A stretch of DNA of 64,000 bases from contig CM060733.1 in NCBI GenBank assembly GCA_030704615.1, forward strand, positions 20,770,001 to 20,834,000, given 5' to 3'. A program made the translations under genes and the position numbers. This DNA comes from Takakia lepidozioides. Lineage: Eukaryota; Plantae; Bryophyta. The notes below the pieces were generated by a model, which saw only the letters and a list, made by a program, of their open reading frames with translations, searched no databases and was not told where the DNA came from. Positions 1-13,200 of this stretch are shown piece after piece (positions within the stretch are counted from its first letter, which is position 1; every line of letters starts with the position of its first letter).

Positions 1-2739
1 CAGTGTCCCGGGTATTCTCATCAGAGAGCAGACTTTTGTGATCAATCATCGTGCAGGTACCCTCACCGTAATGGTCACATACAAACTGTCATGTATGAAT
101 GACTGTGCAGCCTAAATTTGTAGGGTTTTACAACATGAATTGCTAGCATGTAGCTCCAAAAATTAGCTCAACTAGACTCACTAACAAGACGTAAGTATAT
201 CCTTCTCTGGGCAGGGAAAAAAATGGAGAAATACCAACCCAACAAAGAACACACCATAGAGAATGATAAACAAAACAGGCATCACTGTCAAGATTCAAGA
301 AAGGCAATTAACCACCTGTGTTCAAATGCACAATGCAAGAAGTATAGAATCAGGCGTGAAAGATCGCAGCGGTGGCTCGTACTTGTAGAGTTCAAGTGGA
401 AAATTACTAGTCATGATCATCATTTGGATGGCAATCTGCCATCTCTTTCCAGGCGCTACGACAGAAACATTCATGCTTGCAGGAACCTAATTCCAGATAT
501 GCCGCACACCAAATCGACTGGCCACGAACTTGAACGAAACTTACCAAGGGTAGAGTCAGGCAACAATCAAGTGCTTTTCCAGCGATGGCACACCCGAGCA
601 CCCCCGCCCAAGCTCCTCCTCTACTCCTCTACCCTCGTGCCTCTGCTGCTATGGCAGCAACACACAATGTTGCACTTTATAAGCTCTGCTCGCATCGCCC
701 GCTTCCTCTGCTACCACCACCCAAGCGCGCCCATAGAAACACAGAAATGGAAATGAACTTCACGCATGCGTAGAGTTGATGAAACAATCACAAGCTAAAC
801 CCTAAAAATCTTACAAAATGGTAAGCAAACTTTTGTGATCAAACATTCCCAATCTCTTCCCAATCTCTTCACATTCCCAATCCCAATCAACTCGTACGTC
901 CTAGCTAGCTTCTAGTTGCGCATCGCGCGTCATACATGGCAGCTCGTCGTCCCCGCGCTTCAGTCTAGCCCAACACGACCAGCCATCTTCCAGCCACCCC
1001 CCGATGAAGGCGACCTCCAATCGACGGTAATAACTTGATGTACAAAAACAATCAACGGCTACAATAAATTCAACTTTTTCCGACTTCGTTCCCGCGTGCT
1101 GCGTTTTCTACTTCATATGTCCATTTTTTATGGACTGCAAGTTGCCGCTTTTGGATGGCCCGTACCATGCTTCTACCCTTTCAAATTTAAAAATTTAAAG
1201 TTACACCCAAAATATCTGGTAACTGGTTCCCGGTTCCCTAAGTTCTATATGGTTTCCTAGGTTCCCTGGCCACGTGCCCTATAATTTCTAGGATTTCAGT
1301 TGTGTTTACAAATGCACCCCCCACAGCTCTTGGTTACCAGTGACCTGCTCTCTTCCAGTCGAGATCCGTAGCTATGCCGAGCCTTAATCCTTTGCACCAA
1401 TATCCCCAACAAAAGCAAGAGCACTTACAATGCAACCCCGGAAAGCACCAGAGCTAACTAGCTTGATCAAGAACGCTTACAGCCCTTCATGCGTGCTGAT
1501 TTTTCAAGGTGACAACAACAGATCTGCTATCACTGATTGTGTAAGCCTTTACATGGAGTTGGCACAGGCTGCCCTCAAGTTCTGAATTGTAAACATAGAC
1601 CAAGCAGGTCGTGTAGTGAGCTGGGCCCCTTCAGCTCATATCCCGCTCATACACCAAGTGTCACCTGGTGAGTCCACAGTCTCCCACTCTCATACTCTCC
1701 TGCAACAAACACAACCTTGAGGTTCAATCCTCCAAAACCTGAGGATCGCCAGCCTGGGAGGTTGACACTGTCAGAAAGCGCCCTTCCCTTCCAGCAAATG
1801 GCCTAAGATCTGGTGACCTCGTCTATCCTTCCCTGGACTGCTCTTGCTTGGCCTTTCTCACAGTTGCCTGACATTTGACTACCCTCCAAAGAATCGGGTG
1901 AAGAGAGATGACCAGTAATAGATTGCCTGGAGGCTTGCTGTTGCAAAGGGGCTGGCGTAAGTGCAGCAGCTTGTTGTGCTGGCTCAATGTGGAGTTCAGC
2001 TGCATTAACCATCTTTACAATGCCATGCACAGGCTCATGTAAAAAAATTGCCAAGCCTATAGTTCAAAGAACCACAAAGAAAAGCTGTTGTGGCCAGCTT
2101 GACCAACCACGAGGCACAAGGCGCTAGTCCCAACTTTCACTATTGGCTGGAAAGATTGCCAACCATTCTTTCCACCACACCTTAGAAATCTTCATCAGGT
2201 GTGTGAATTAATGCTTCAAGGGCTCAAAAGAGTATTGACGTACTGGCTGGCAGGAAGTTGCAATGCCCCACATCAAGGTGGCCTGTAAGCACTGCCACCA
2301 CGAGCTTCTCTTCAACAGTGCGCGGCAGGTGTCCAACTGCCCTCATGCCTTCTGCACTTCAGCCATCTCGAGCCACAAAACCCCATTCCACTAGAAATCA
2401 ACACTCAACCAACGAAGTGACAATGGAAGGCTACACAGATGGTACGCCGAGATCAGCGACATGCATCTCTCTGACGAACAGTTCTTTGCAACGGAGCGCG
2501 CCTACCAAACTCGCTCTGCGCAGAATCTGCCAACGATCAATGACACACATGCCCCAGGCGCTCCAGCAACACAAACTCCTGTGACAACCAACCCGTCAGA
2601 CCACCAGATTATCCTCCGCTCTGCAACACCTACGCCACCTGGTGCTCTCGGCTAACAACCCAGGTATCAAATGAGCACTGAGTGCGCTCAACAGTGATGC
2701 CGGCAGCTCCCACTCTGATCCCAAAAGTACGCTACGCCA

Positions 2740-3045
2740 GGCCCTTCACAACACATGGACACCTCCAGTTCACCGATCACTGCCTTTACTAAGCACGGTA
2801 GCAAACTATGGTCTGGACTTCTCAAAATCGAGCTCCTCCACCCTGCGACTGATGGCATTGCGCTCTTAACAGACAACCGCGCCTTCGTTATGGAGATGGC
2901 CTTGGCGATTCCCATTCAGGAAAAAGTGGAGAAGGCCCACGACCTACCTGCCTCCTCCGACTACCTTTCCCTGTATGCTGGCAGCGAGTCTCTACAGGGC
3001 ATGGTGAATCCAGCAATATGCTTGCAAGCCAGAATGGGGCTATAA
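2740..3045 (+). pseudogene. Degenerate fragment of a repeat-associated ORF (possibly LINE ORF1-like)
   Basis: The translation PITAFTKHGSKLWSGLLKIELLHPATDGIALLTDNRAFVMEM looks protein-like and resembles ORFs I associate with moss repeats. It is broken by stops and frameshifts, and the family assignment is from memory only. Confidence 0.25.
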
Positions 3046-3776
3046 GCCAATGGCCCTTCTTGAGCTGCAACACAAATGACCACACAAGTTGGGCACGACT
3101 GGCCTACTGGGTGCTCAGCCTGCCCCAGCGCTCAGGCAGCAGAGCTGCCAGGGCCCCCTGCGCGCACCCGCCACCACAAACAGGGATGACTACACCCTGA
3201 TCACCACCAACGCTAATGTGTGAAACAACAAGCGCATACCCATGGCAACAGCAGGACCAGATGGACTCCTGCCCCAAGATATATATTATAATAGTGCTAA
3301 AACAAACATTGTATCTAGCTTAGCACTAGAAAACTAGATAGCGCTCATCTCTCTCGAGTGATAAGAAAGCTAAGGACACACTGTTCACACAAGAAACAAC
3401 ATGAATCCAACAGCATCACTCTTTAAAATAGAAGTCGAGCCAGGGGCACCCCAAGCTATGGGGACTCCACCCCACAACAACCTACACTCCCATCATAAGC
3501 ACACACAGCTCTAAACGCATGCAGGAGCTCAGTCGCGCAGGCTCAACTCGAGAGAGATGAGCTGCGCGCCTGCCGCTCTCGTGAAGATAAGACGGACCAG
3601 GTGTCAAACTAAACTTGACACCTGATTTAACACTTGACCTAAATCCAAGTGTTAAATACAAATAACTAGTTTTATTCTAGCTGTTTTCACACTGTGCTTA
3701 TTTAACTTGACAGAGAGATATTACAGAAGAGAGTTTTGGTTATTGCCACATTAAAAAGAAATGAAAGACATGGGAC

Positions 3777-6700
3777 ATGAGTGATGAAAGAGAAGCTAGA
3801 CGCCAGAGATATTCAGCAAAAAGAGAAAGCTATCTGAAAGCTAATTATCCATATCTTTGGGAGAGAGGAATAGACATAGGGGAATCATCTGGACCTCTCA
3901 CACCATTAAGATCAAAGAGTACATCACCCATACCGGAAGAACTAGAGTTGGATGCCACTCCTTCTGTTTCTTTGCAAGAAAGATTAAGGGAATTGGTACG
4001 GGAAGAAGATCAATCACGAGGTGAAAGATCTGAGGTACATCCCTGGATAAAAGATTTGACAGAAATCTTTGATAAGAGTTGGCATGGAACACCAAAAGCA
4101 GGAACTCCAGTTTCTGAAGCGGAAGGTGAAGAAGGAGGAGAGGATGTGGCAGAGCCAACGGAGAGTTCAGACTCTCCAATACCATTGCAGTTGAGTTACA
4201 TGAGTGAAGAAGAAACCCAAGGGCAGAACTTGGAGAGTGAAAACAGAGAGAAGAAATTGGAAGAGGAAGACTATGAAGAAGTAGACCCAACAACTGAGGT
4301 TGAGACTACAACCAGGACATCCCAACCCGTTGGACCTGGATCAAGTGAAGCACTTGGATCACAGGCCAACGAAGGTGTCGGCTCAGGGGGATCAGGCGGG
4401 CTGCCTGGATTTGGCTCTGGGGGGACTGGGAGTGTGGGAAGTACTGCAACTGAAGCTGGGAATACTGTGAATATCGTGGGGCCAGTAGCAATGAGTGCTC
4501 AAGGGCCACCACTTGGTGGAAGATCCACCACAACAACAACAGGTCCTGAAGGACCACCAGCAAGGGTGCCAGCACCTGTCAGTGGGCAGAAGGTAGAGCC
4601 ACAGATGGCGTTACAACCAACACGGGCAAAACCACCTTTTCCAATATATTCAGGAAAAGGGGATCCCGATGTACACATTAGCCAATTTGAGCACATGTGT
4701 ATAGTGAACAATGAGAATGACAATGATGCCAAGATGAGATTGTTTCCTTGTTCACTTATAAAGAAAGCAAGTGAATGGTATGCAAGATTCCCTGATAATC
4801 ATTTCCTAACCTGGAATGGCTTGAATACAGCATTCCGAAATAGGTTCAGGACAAGTAAAACTGAGGATGAAGTGTATGGAAGTTTACAACAGTTAAAGCA
4901 AAAGAAGCATGAAACTGTTGAGGAGTATATGGAAAAGATGGAATTGATGATGAAAAAGCTGGCTGCAGTACCAGCACCAGGTTTACAGAAGACTTGGTTT
5001 GTGAGTGGACTAAGACCAGAGTTGCAAAAGAAAGTGGATATGTTACCCCGTAATACAGTGGAGGAGGCATTTGAAACTGCAAACAGAATTGAGCAATTGG
5101 GAATGCTCAGGAGAGAGAAAAGGGATGATGAGGACTATGAGGATGAGTCAGATGAAGAAGAAGAGCAAGAACTAAAAAGGAAGAGTAAGAGAAAGGAGAA
5201 GTTGAAGAGGGATAACTATGAGAAAAGATTGGAAGAAATCTTGAAGAAGTATGCCACAGAGGCTGCAACACATTGGAGGAAGGGTGTATGGTGTGCAAAG
5301 TGCCAGAATGAAGGCCATACCACCACTGAATGCCACATGAAGGAGAAACATTGTACTATCTGTAAAATGGATAACCATTCTACTGAGAATTGTTACTACA
5401 ACAGAAGGACAACTGCAAGAGAACCTAGGCAAGGAAGGGTGCATCAGGTGCAGCCCCAGCCAAGAAGAAACAATGATCAGGACCACTATGGTAGGTCTGG
5501 TGGTTATAACAATGGCATGGAAAGGAGAGGTAATTCAAGAGGGAATTACCAAGGAAATTCCAAAGGCAACTATCAGGGTAATCCAAGGGGGAATTACCAG
5601 CCCGGGAATCAGGATTACAGAAATAATCCAAGAGCAGACCAAGGGCGAGGACCCAATGGTGAAGAACTGTGTTACTATTGTAATCAACCAGGACATCACA
5701 AGGCAGCCTGTTCATTCTGGATTAGACACCAAAATGAGATGAGAGCTCCTGTGAATGAGGGCCCAGTGGTGGCAGCTCACATGGTTAGGCCATGTGTTGT
5801 ACCAGAAGTAAGTACAATGATAGTAACCAGAAGCAAAACCAAATTAATACCTCTAGTAGTTGAGGAAGATGAAGATAATGAAGGTGGCAGTGATATGCCT
5901 GAAGAAGAGACTTGGAAAGATGAGAAGGAACTGCACAAGGAAGTGGCAGATACCATAAGGGAAATGCAGAAGAGTACTGATATTCCTATGGCAGATTCCT
6001 CTGATTCTGATGGAGAAGAAGAAGTGAGTGAGGATGAAAGGAAGAAAGAAGATGCAGACATGCAAAGTAATGAAGAGACTTTGGCTGAAGTAATATGCCA
6101 GACCAAAGCAGAGATTACCATTGGACAGCTATTGGCTGTGGCACCTTATTGTAGGCATAGGCTGTATCAAGCAATCAATCGAATTGCCCAGGAGACAGGA
6201 AACACAGACCTGAACAGCAAGGTGACCAGTTATAATGTGAAGCCGGAAGGGCGAGAAACAGTCATGGATTTTGATGATTCTATGCCAGTAATCCAATTGA
6301 GAATTGGAAGCACAGAACTAACTGATGTACTGATAGATGGAGGTTCTGGAGTAAATATCATGACAAACCAATTAAGAAAGAAGCTTGGTCTAAGTAACAT
6401 GAAACCAGCCCCATTTACAGTAACAATGGCAGATCAAAGAAGTGTACAGCCATTGGGATTAATAAGAGGAGTTAAGATACAGATACAGAAGATGATCTTT
6501 ATGATCACAGTAACTGTGTTGAAGATGGATGAAGTCATGGAGGCTTACTCCTTATTATTGGGACGTCCGTGGCTGAAACAGGCCAGGGTATTCCATGACT
6601 GGAATTCTCAGTTATTAACTGTGCATAATGGGATACACGAGATACAAATTACCACAAAGAAATCTAGTAGATTACCTGCTACGAGAAGACCTCGAGGGGT

Positions 6701-9700
6701 CAGAGAGTATGACTGGAGAGGAGGACTGGATGAGGAGCAGGAAACTACCCTGTTTGCTGCACACCCAGAGTAGGAGCAGGTTGCAGAGATGCGGCTGGAA
6801 AGCCTAAGTTGTTTAAGAGGTATCTGCTGTGGTGTAGTGACAGCAACACCAACTGAAGAGGAAACCAACAGTTACCCATCACATTTCTATGAAGAAAGAG
6901 AAAGAGAAATGGAAATCCTAGAAGAACCAGCCACTGTGAGTTTACAGGATGAAGTGGTGACTGATTGGACAATCACAGCTGATGAACAGGTGAGGGAAGT
7001 GAATGTGGGAACTAAAGAGGAACCGAGGATGGTGAAAGTAGGAGCTGATTTGGAGCCAGAATTCTTTGAAGAAGCTAAGAGCTTGTTCATCAAATACAGA
7101 GATGTATTTGCTTGGAGCTATGAGGATCTAAAAGGGATACCACCTGAAGTTTGTCAGCATAAGATTGAACTGGAACCAGGGTCAGTACCAATCAAGCAGG
7201 CGAGGTACAGAATGAATCCCAACTACGCACAGAAGGCTGGAGAAGACATCAAGAAGTTGGCTGAGGCTAAGTTTATATACCCAATAGAGTATACAACTTG
7301 GTTGTCACCCATTGTTATAGTTCCCAAGAAGAATGGTAAACTAAGAGTATGTGTGAACTACAAGAAGCTGAATGCTTGTACGAAGAAAGATCCTTTCCCT
7401 TTGCCATTCACAGAAGCAGTATTGGACACTGTGGCAGGCCATGAGATGTACTCATTCATGGATGGCTTCAGTGGTTATAATCAAGTGCAAGTGGCAGAAG
7501 AAGATCAAGGAAAGACAGCTTTCATCACAGACTGGGGTGCTTATGCATACAAAGCCATGCCCTTTGGACTTTGTAATGCACTAGCAACCTTTCAGAGAGT
7601 AATAAGTGAATTTTTTCATGAGTATCTGGATGATTTCATGCAGGTGTTCTTGGATGATTTCAGTGTGTACAGCTCTAAGAATGAGCACTTGCATAAATTG
7701 GAGTTATGTCTGGCCAGATGCAGGATGAGAGATCTGGGCCTGAATCCAGAGAAGTGTACTTTCTGTGTGAACTCAGGGGTGCTTCTGGGACACATTGTGT
7801 GTAAGAAGAGACTTCTTGTGGATCCCATGAAGACAGAGGCCATTAAAGCCTCTCCACCACCAGTGAATGTTAAGAGTTTAAGGAGATTCCTTGGGCAAAC
7901 CAGTTATTACAGAAGATTTGTCAAAATGTATGCACAAATAGCAGCACCATTGAGCAAGCTTCTGAAGAAAGATGCAGTGTTTGCCTGGACAGCTGAATGT
8001 CAACAGGCGTTTGAGGAACTTACACTGTCAGTAACAACTACACCTGTGCTGATTAACCCTCACTGGCATGTAGTATTTCATGTTCACTGTGATGCATCAG
8101 GAGAAGCGTTGGGAGCGGTGTTAGCCCAGAATGTTACATGAAATATAGATTCACATGTGTACAATGCTAGCAGGTTGATGAATAGTGCTGAAAGGAACTA
8201 TAGCACAACTGAAAGAGAAGCACTGGCGATGATTTATGCAGTCAAGAAATTCAGGCATTACCTATTGGGAAGAAAGTTTATGTTTTATGTGGATCACCAG
8301 GCTCTCGTATATCTGGTGAACAAACCTTTGATAAGTGGAAGGATAGCGAGGTGGTTAATAATCTTGCATGAGTTTGAGTTCGAAGTTATTTACAAGCCTG
8401 GCCGTTTGCATCTTGTGGCAGATCATTTGTCACGACTAACAACAGGAGAGGCCGGCACATGAGTGGACGATCAGTTACCTAATGCGAGTTTATTTGTAAT
8501 GGAGGTGCAAGGAAGTGCAGATGAATGGTTGGATTGGCAGTGGCTAATCAGATACTACCTTACTCATGGTCAATGCCCACCTAGTTATGGTAATGAGCAG
8601 AGGAAGAGAATCGCTATCAAAGCTTTACTTTATACTATGGTAGGAAGCAGAATGTATAAGCTAGGACCTGATGGAGTACTAAAATGATGCTTGTACCACC
8701 ATGAAGTAAATAAAGTTTTGGAGGAAGTTCATAAAGGAGTGGCTGGAGGTCATTTTGGAGAAGAGACTACCAGTAGAAAGATACTACTTGCAGGTTACTG
8801 GTGGCCTACTTTATTCAAAGATGTACACAAGTATTGTCAAAGTTGTGATAAATGTCAGAGGCTAGGACCTTTGCAGAGATCTGGAAGGATGGCCTTGCAT
8901 CCTACAATGCCTACGGAACCATTTCAGAAATGGGGACTAGACTTTGTTGGACCAATTAACCCACCAGCCAAGAATACACGGAACAAGTACATAATTACAG
9001 CCACTGATTATACTACGAAGTGGGTGGAAGCTAAAGCTTTGAGGGACAACACAGCCAAGTCCACAACAAGGTTCCTGTATGAGAACATACTTACACGATT
9101 TGGCTGTCCCTTAGAATTTATCAGTGATCAGGGAAGTCACTTCATTAATGAGACCATTGAATTATTGACTAAAGAATTCATGATTGTGCATAGAAAGAGT
9201 ACAACATATTACCCACAGGGTAATGGACAGGCAGAGGCTACCAACAAAATATTATGTACTATCTTGGCTAAGATAGTCAATGCAAACAGAACGGATTGGG
9301 ATACAAAGCTGTTGACAGCTTTGTGGTCATACAGGACTTCATATAAAGTCACCACTAAGTATACACCATTCCAATTAGTTTACGGTATGGAAGCCTTACT
9401 TCCAGTGGAATTCCTGTTACCTACCATGAGAACGGAATGGGGAAAGAGAATGGATTTGCAGGATTCCATTAAGGTCGGGAAACATGAATTATACCATGTG
9501 GAAGAAGTACGTGCTGATGCAGCTGATAATATGACCAGAATTCAGATGAAGAGGAAGGAACAGTTTGATGAAGGCAAGTTAAAGACTTTTAAGACGGGAG
9601 ATTTGGTTCTATGGTTGCAGAAGAAAGGAAAGATTAAAGCTTCTAAGCTTAAATCACCATGGAAAGGACCTTATGTCATACAAAAGATGTATGATAACAA

Positions 9701-9941
9701 CACCGCCATGTTACAAACCATTAACAAAGAGATGATGGGAAGAGTCAATGCTAATAAGTTGAAGGGGTACAGTGGTATCCATGACAAACCATTGCGGCAT
9801 GATTTGCATGTTGAAACGCAAGAGCAGTCATGGGCTACGCCAGTGTTACCAACGGAGTATGGAGCACTTGTCGCTAGGCCGAGCATATATGACCAGGGCG
9901 GGCAAAGCAGGCGCGACACAGCCTATCACAGCCCATCATAA
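3777..9941 (+). pseudogene. gag-pol: Gag-Pol polyprotein with in-frame stops at 6771, 8139, 8460, 8685 and 9939
   Basis: Capsid-like FPIYSGKGDPDVHISQFE; CCHC knuckles; protease LIDGGSGVN; RT with SPIVIVPKK, MPFGLCNA and FLDD; RNase H HCDASG and NYSTTEREALA; integrase HHCC, GLDFVGP, SDQGSHF, GQAE and WKGPY. All ORF pieces are in one frame. Confidence 0.95.
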
Positions 9942-10185
9942 CGAGACACAGCCTATCACAGCCTATCACGACGTGACACAGCCTATCACAGCCCATCACG
10001 ACGAGACACAGCCTATCACAGCCCATCACGACGTGACACAGCCTATCACAGCCCAGAACGGCGCAACACAGCCTATCACAACCTACCACAGCGTGTCACA
10101 GCCTCTCATAGCTCACCACAGTGCATCACAGCCTATCACAGCGTACCACAGTATGACACAGCCTGTCACAGCTCAACACAGCCTA
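9912..10185 (+). repeat. 30-bp tandem repeat (~9 units) built from 10-bp CACAGCC subunits; encodes (R)RDTAYHSPS in the pol frame
   Basis: ACACAGCCTATCACAGCCCATCACGACGTG-type units read directly; 8 units in copy 2. Confidence 0.95.
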
Positions 10186-10211
10186 CTAGGGTTACACAAT
10201 CCATAGAATCA

Positions 10212-13200
10212 GTGACACGTGCAGGCAAGATAACTTCAGGGAAATGGCCGACGGAAGAAAGGACGGAAGCCAGTTTAGAAAAAGACACGTGGAAGTCAAG
10301 GCGCGACACACAGCTAAGAAGGAAATGCAAGAACCAGTGTCATCAAGAAAGAGGACAAGAATGGCCGTCAAAGTACCTACTTAGCGCGTCAATTCGAATG
10401 AATGGTGGGCCCATTAATGAATACGAAAAAGGGGCAACAGAACAAACGGCAAGTACAGAAAAACGAAATTCTTGTCACATGTGTTATCCTAATGGACAGT
10501 CCAGCAGGGAAAGTCCACTAAAGAAAATTAAATCTAAAATCCAGTCACAGAAGTTACAGCCAATCAAAAGCCAGAAAAATGATCAAGAAATTGGAGGAAA
10601 ATTAAGCGCAACAGTCGGCGTCGTTCTAAGTAACGGGCGTCTCGACAGGACAAACCATCAATGCTATAGCTTTGAAGCTATGGAGGAACTAACAGACTAT
10701 ACGCTCGCAATATTACTTACGCAGTGGCATAGAAGCGAAAGAACATAGCAGATCTTTTCTCTTGATCGATGCTTGCAAGCCCCGCAGGCTTACAAGCAGT
10801 TACCCATAGTTTTTTGTGGCAACCATACTTTTATGCTTTGTGCCCTGCAGGCATTTCTTCAATTGTTACAGCCGAAACATTTCTGTGGGTCTAGAATGAA
10901 GAGAGTGAGAGGAATGGAGGAAATCAGGGTGAAGAGCACCACAATCCTGCAGAAACAAACGATTGCTACTCCACAGGCGGTACAGTTACTGAAGGAGCTG
11001 AGATTGCAAGGATTGCAAAACAAAGATTGGACATTGCACCATCGACAATACATGTTACAATTCTTGCAGAACTTCGAGCCTAAGACAGGAGCAACAACAG
11101 TGAAGGGAGTGGAATTAGAAATTACTCCCCTATACCTACAGCAATTGTTTCAATTGCCAGCAGATCAAGTGCATGTGGAGGGGCACAGGGCAACACTGCA
11201 AATAGGGGACTTATTCCAAGAAGGGAGTTTCTTTAAAACTCAGGGTTACGCTTGTACCAAGGCCGTGTACCCAGGGCTAAAGGAGGTAGGCCAGGTATTG
11301 AACGTTCTGTTTGCCATGAAACAGAACCAACAGTACTTGAGCAGATCTTTCACAGAGGAAATATTCAAAGCCCTGAGAGGAGAAGAGGTAGAATGGGCGG
11401 ACATAATGTACAACGCACTGGTAGAGGAGATGAAAAGATTACAGGGTACTGCCGCAAAGTCTCCTATCATAGTGTCTGGCCCAATCATTGCTCAAATAAT
11501 TCTTGATTCTGGCATCCTTGATGCTCGAGAAAGAAAGGAGATGGGAGTATTTGAGCCAGAAACCACTGCAATGGAAGAGCAAGGCTCTTCACACAGTGAG
11601 GGTGGACTGGTAGGGCAACCCCAAACTAAGAGACAGAGGAAGGGAAAGACTGTAATGGCGGATCCATTGGCTTCACGGAATCCGCATGATAATGTTTCCC
11701 AAGTTTTTGTGCAGGAAGGGGCACAACAGCACAGAGAACTGCTATTACTAAAAGCAGGACCTTCAGAGAGGGAAGAGGAAGTTACTTCAGTATCACAGCC
11801 ATCACAGCCAGATGATCGGCTTGTCACAAGGTTACCACAAGTTGTCCATGCAGTTCAACCAGAAATAATTGATTTAGAAAAAGAAGAGTTAGATATTCCC
11901 ACTACAGAACAGATAGTGGCAGAAATTGAGAAGGGGGACCTTCTCTATGAATATTCTGGTCTGGTGAAGGAGACAGAGATTCCAGAGGGGCAACAGTTAC
12001 CCAAGGGAAATACTGAGGTGCATATAATACACACACCTGTGCCGGAGGTACCACAGGTAGAATGTCAAGACACTGCAGCACCGGTGATGGATGAAGTGGT
12101 TCAGGAAGAAAATCTAGTGGGACAATGGCCTAAGTGGTTCGTGAGACATCACACTGTTGAGGATCAGGGGGAACAGCAGCAAGCTCACCATGATGACCCT
12201 CAACAGGCAATGCTTATGAGTTCCATAGGCAGGACACTTAATTTGTTGGGGACTTATGTCAAATCCCATGTTCCAACTAACCAATTGATAGCCTTGAGAG
12301 AGGAACTCAGGAAGGAGTTTGAGGCTCGACTAGCCACTAAGTGTGCAAACAAGGTCGATGAAGAGGTCACTCTCAAGATGCAGCAAGACTTGGAGAATAC
12401 AGAAGCGGCTTTGCAATTGGCCAAGGAACAATTGATTGAGGCAGGCCTCGCGCAAGACCAGTTGCACGAAGCACATAAGCAACAGCTATACCAAATGCAG
12501 GTGCAGCATGAAAGCAAGTTGCAAGAAGTGAATGCACTACATACGGAGTTGCAGACAGTGCATGACAGGATGGCCATACAATGTGCTACATTCACAACTA
12601 TGCTTGACCAATCTACAAAAGAAATAAACAGTCAAGCGGAAAAATGTACAAAGGCAGAAGCAGAGAATGTTGAGCAAATGAACCTCATTGTCGATATGAA
12701 GAATACAATCTGTCGCAATGAGGATATTTTCAAGCAATACAAGCAGATTGAAGCTGATCAAGAGAAGTACATCCTGGAGTTGCAACAAACGCTCATGGCC
12801 AATAGAAATGAAATCTCGGTCACTAACAAGGCTTGGAAGGAAGCCAATAATCTACTTGCTGCCTATGCGAATTTGGTTGAATCTCATGCGAAGCGCATGG
12901 AGACTTTACAACAGCAGTTAGAAGTGTACAAACTAAGAGAGGAACACAGTCTTAGAGGAACCACAAGCAACATGGTGGATAACCACCTTATGCAGGTCTG
13001 GTTAGCACAAGGGCCAGTGGAGGGCAAAGCACCACGAAAGCTCACCCAAAGCGACATGAATGAGCTCAGATTGCAAGTGCAGAACATTGCCACAACTACT
13101 ATAGACAATGTCTATAGTAGAATAGCGGAGTTACAGGAGGATGTAGACGGACTGCAGACTCAAGTGGAGGACCTCACTTCAAATATCGACAAAATAGTCT

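Noticed and set aside
1-2600. ORFs 223-756, 2258-2584 and neighbours
   Set aside because: No recognisable domains apart from an isolated CKHC; probably decayed transposon sequence.
6771-6773. Programmed readthrough stop between protease and RT
   Set aside because: Copy 1 has several other mutational stops and TGG>TAG is a simple explanation. Copy 2 does not cover this site, so it cannot be tested here.
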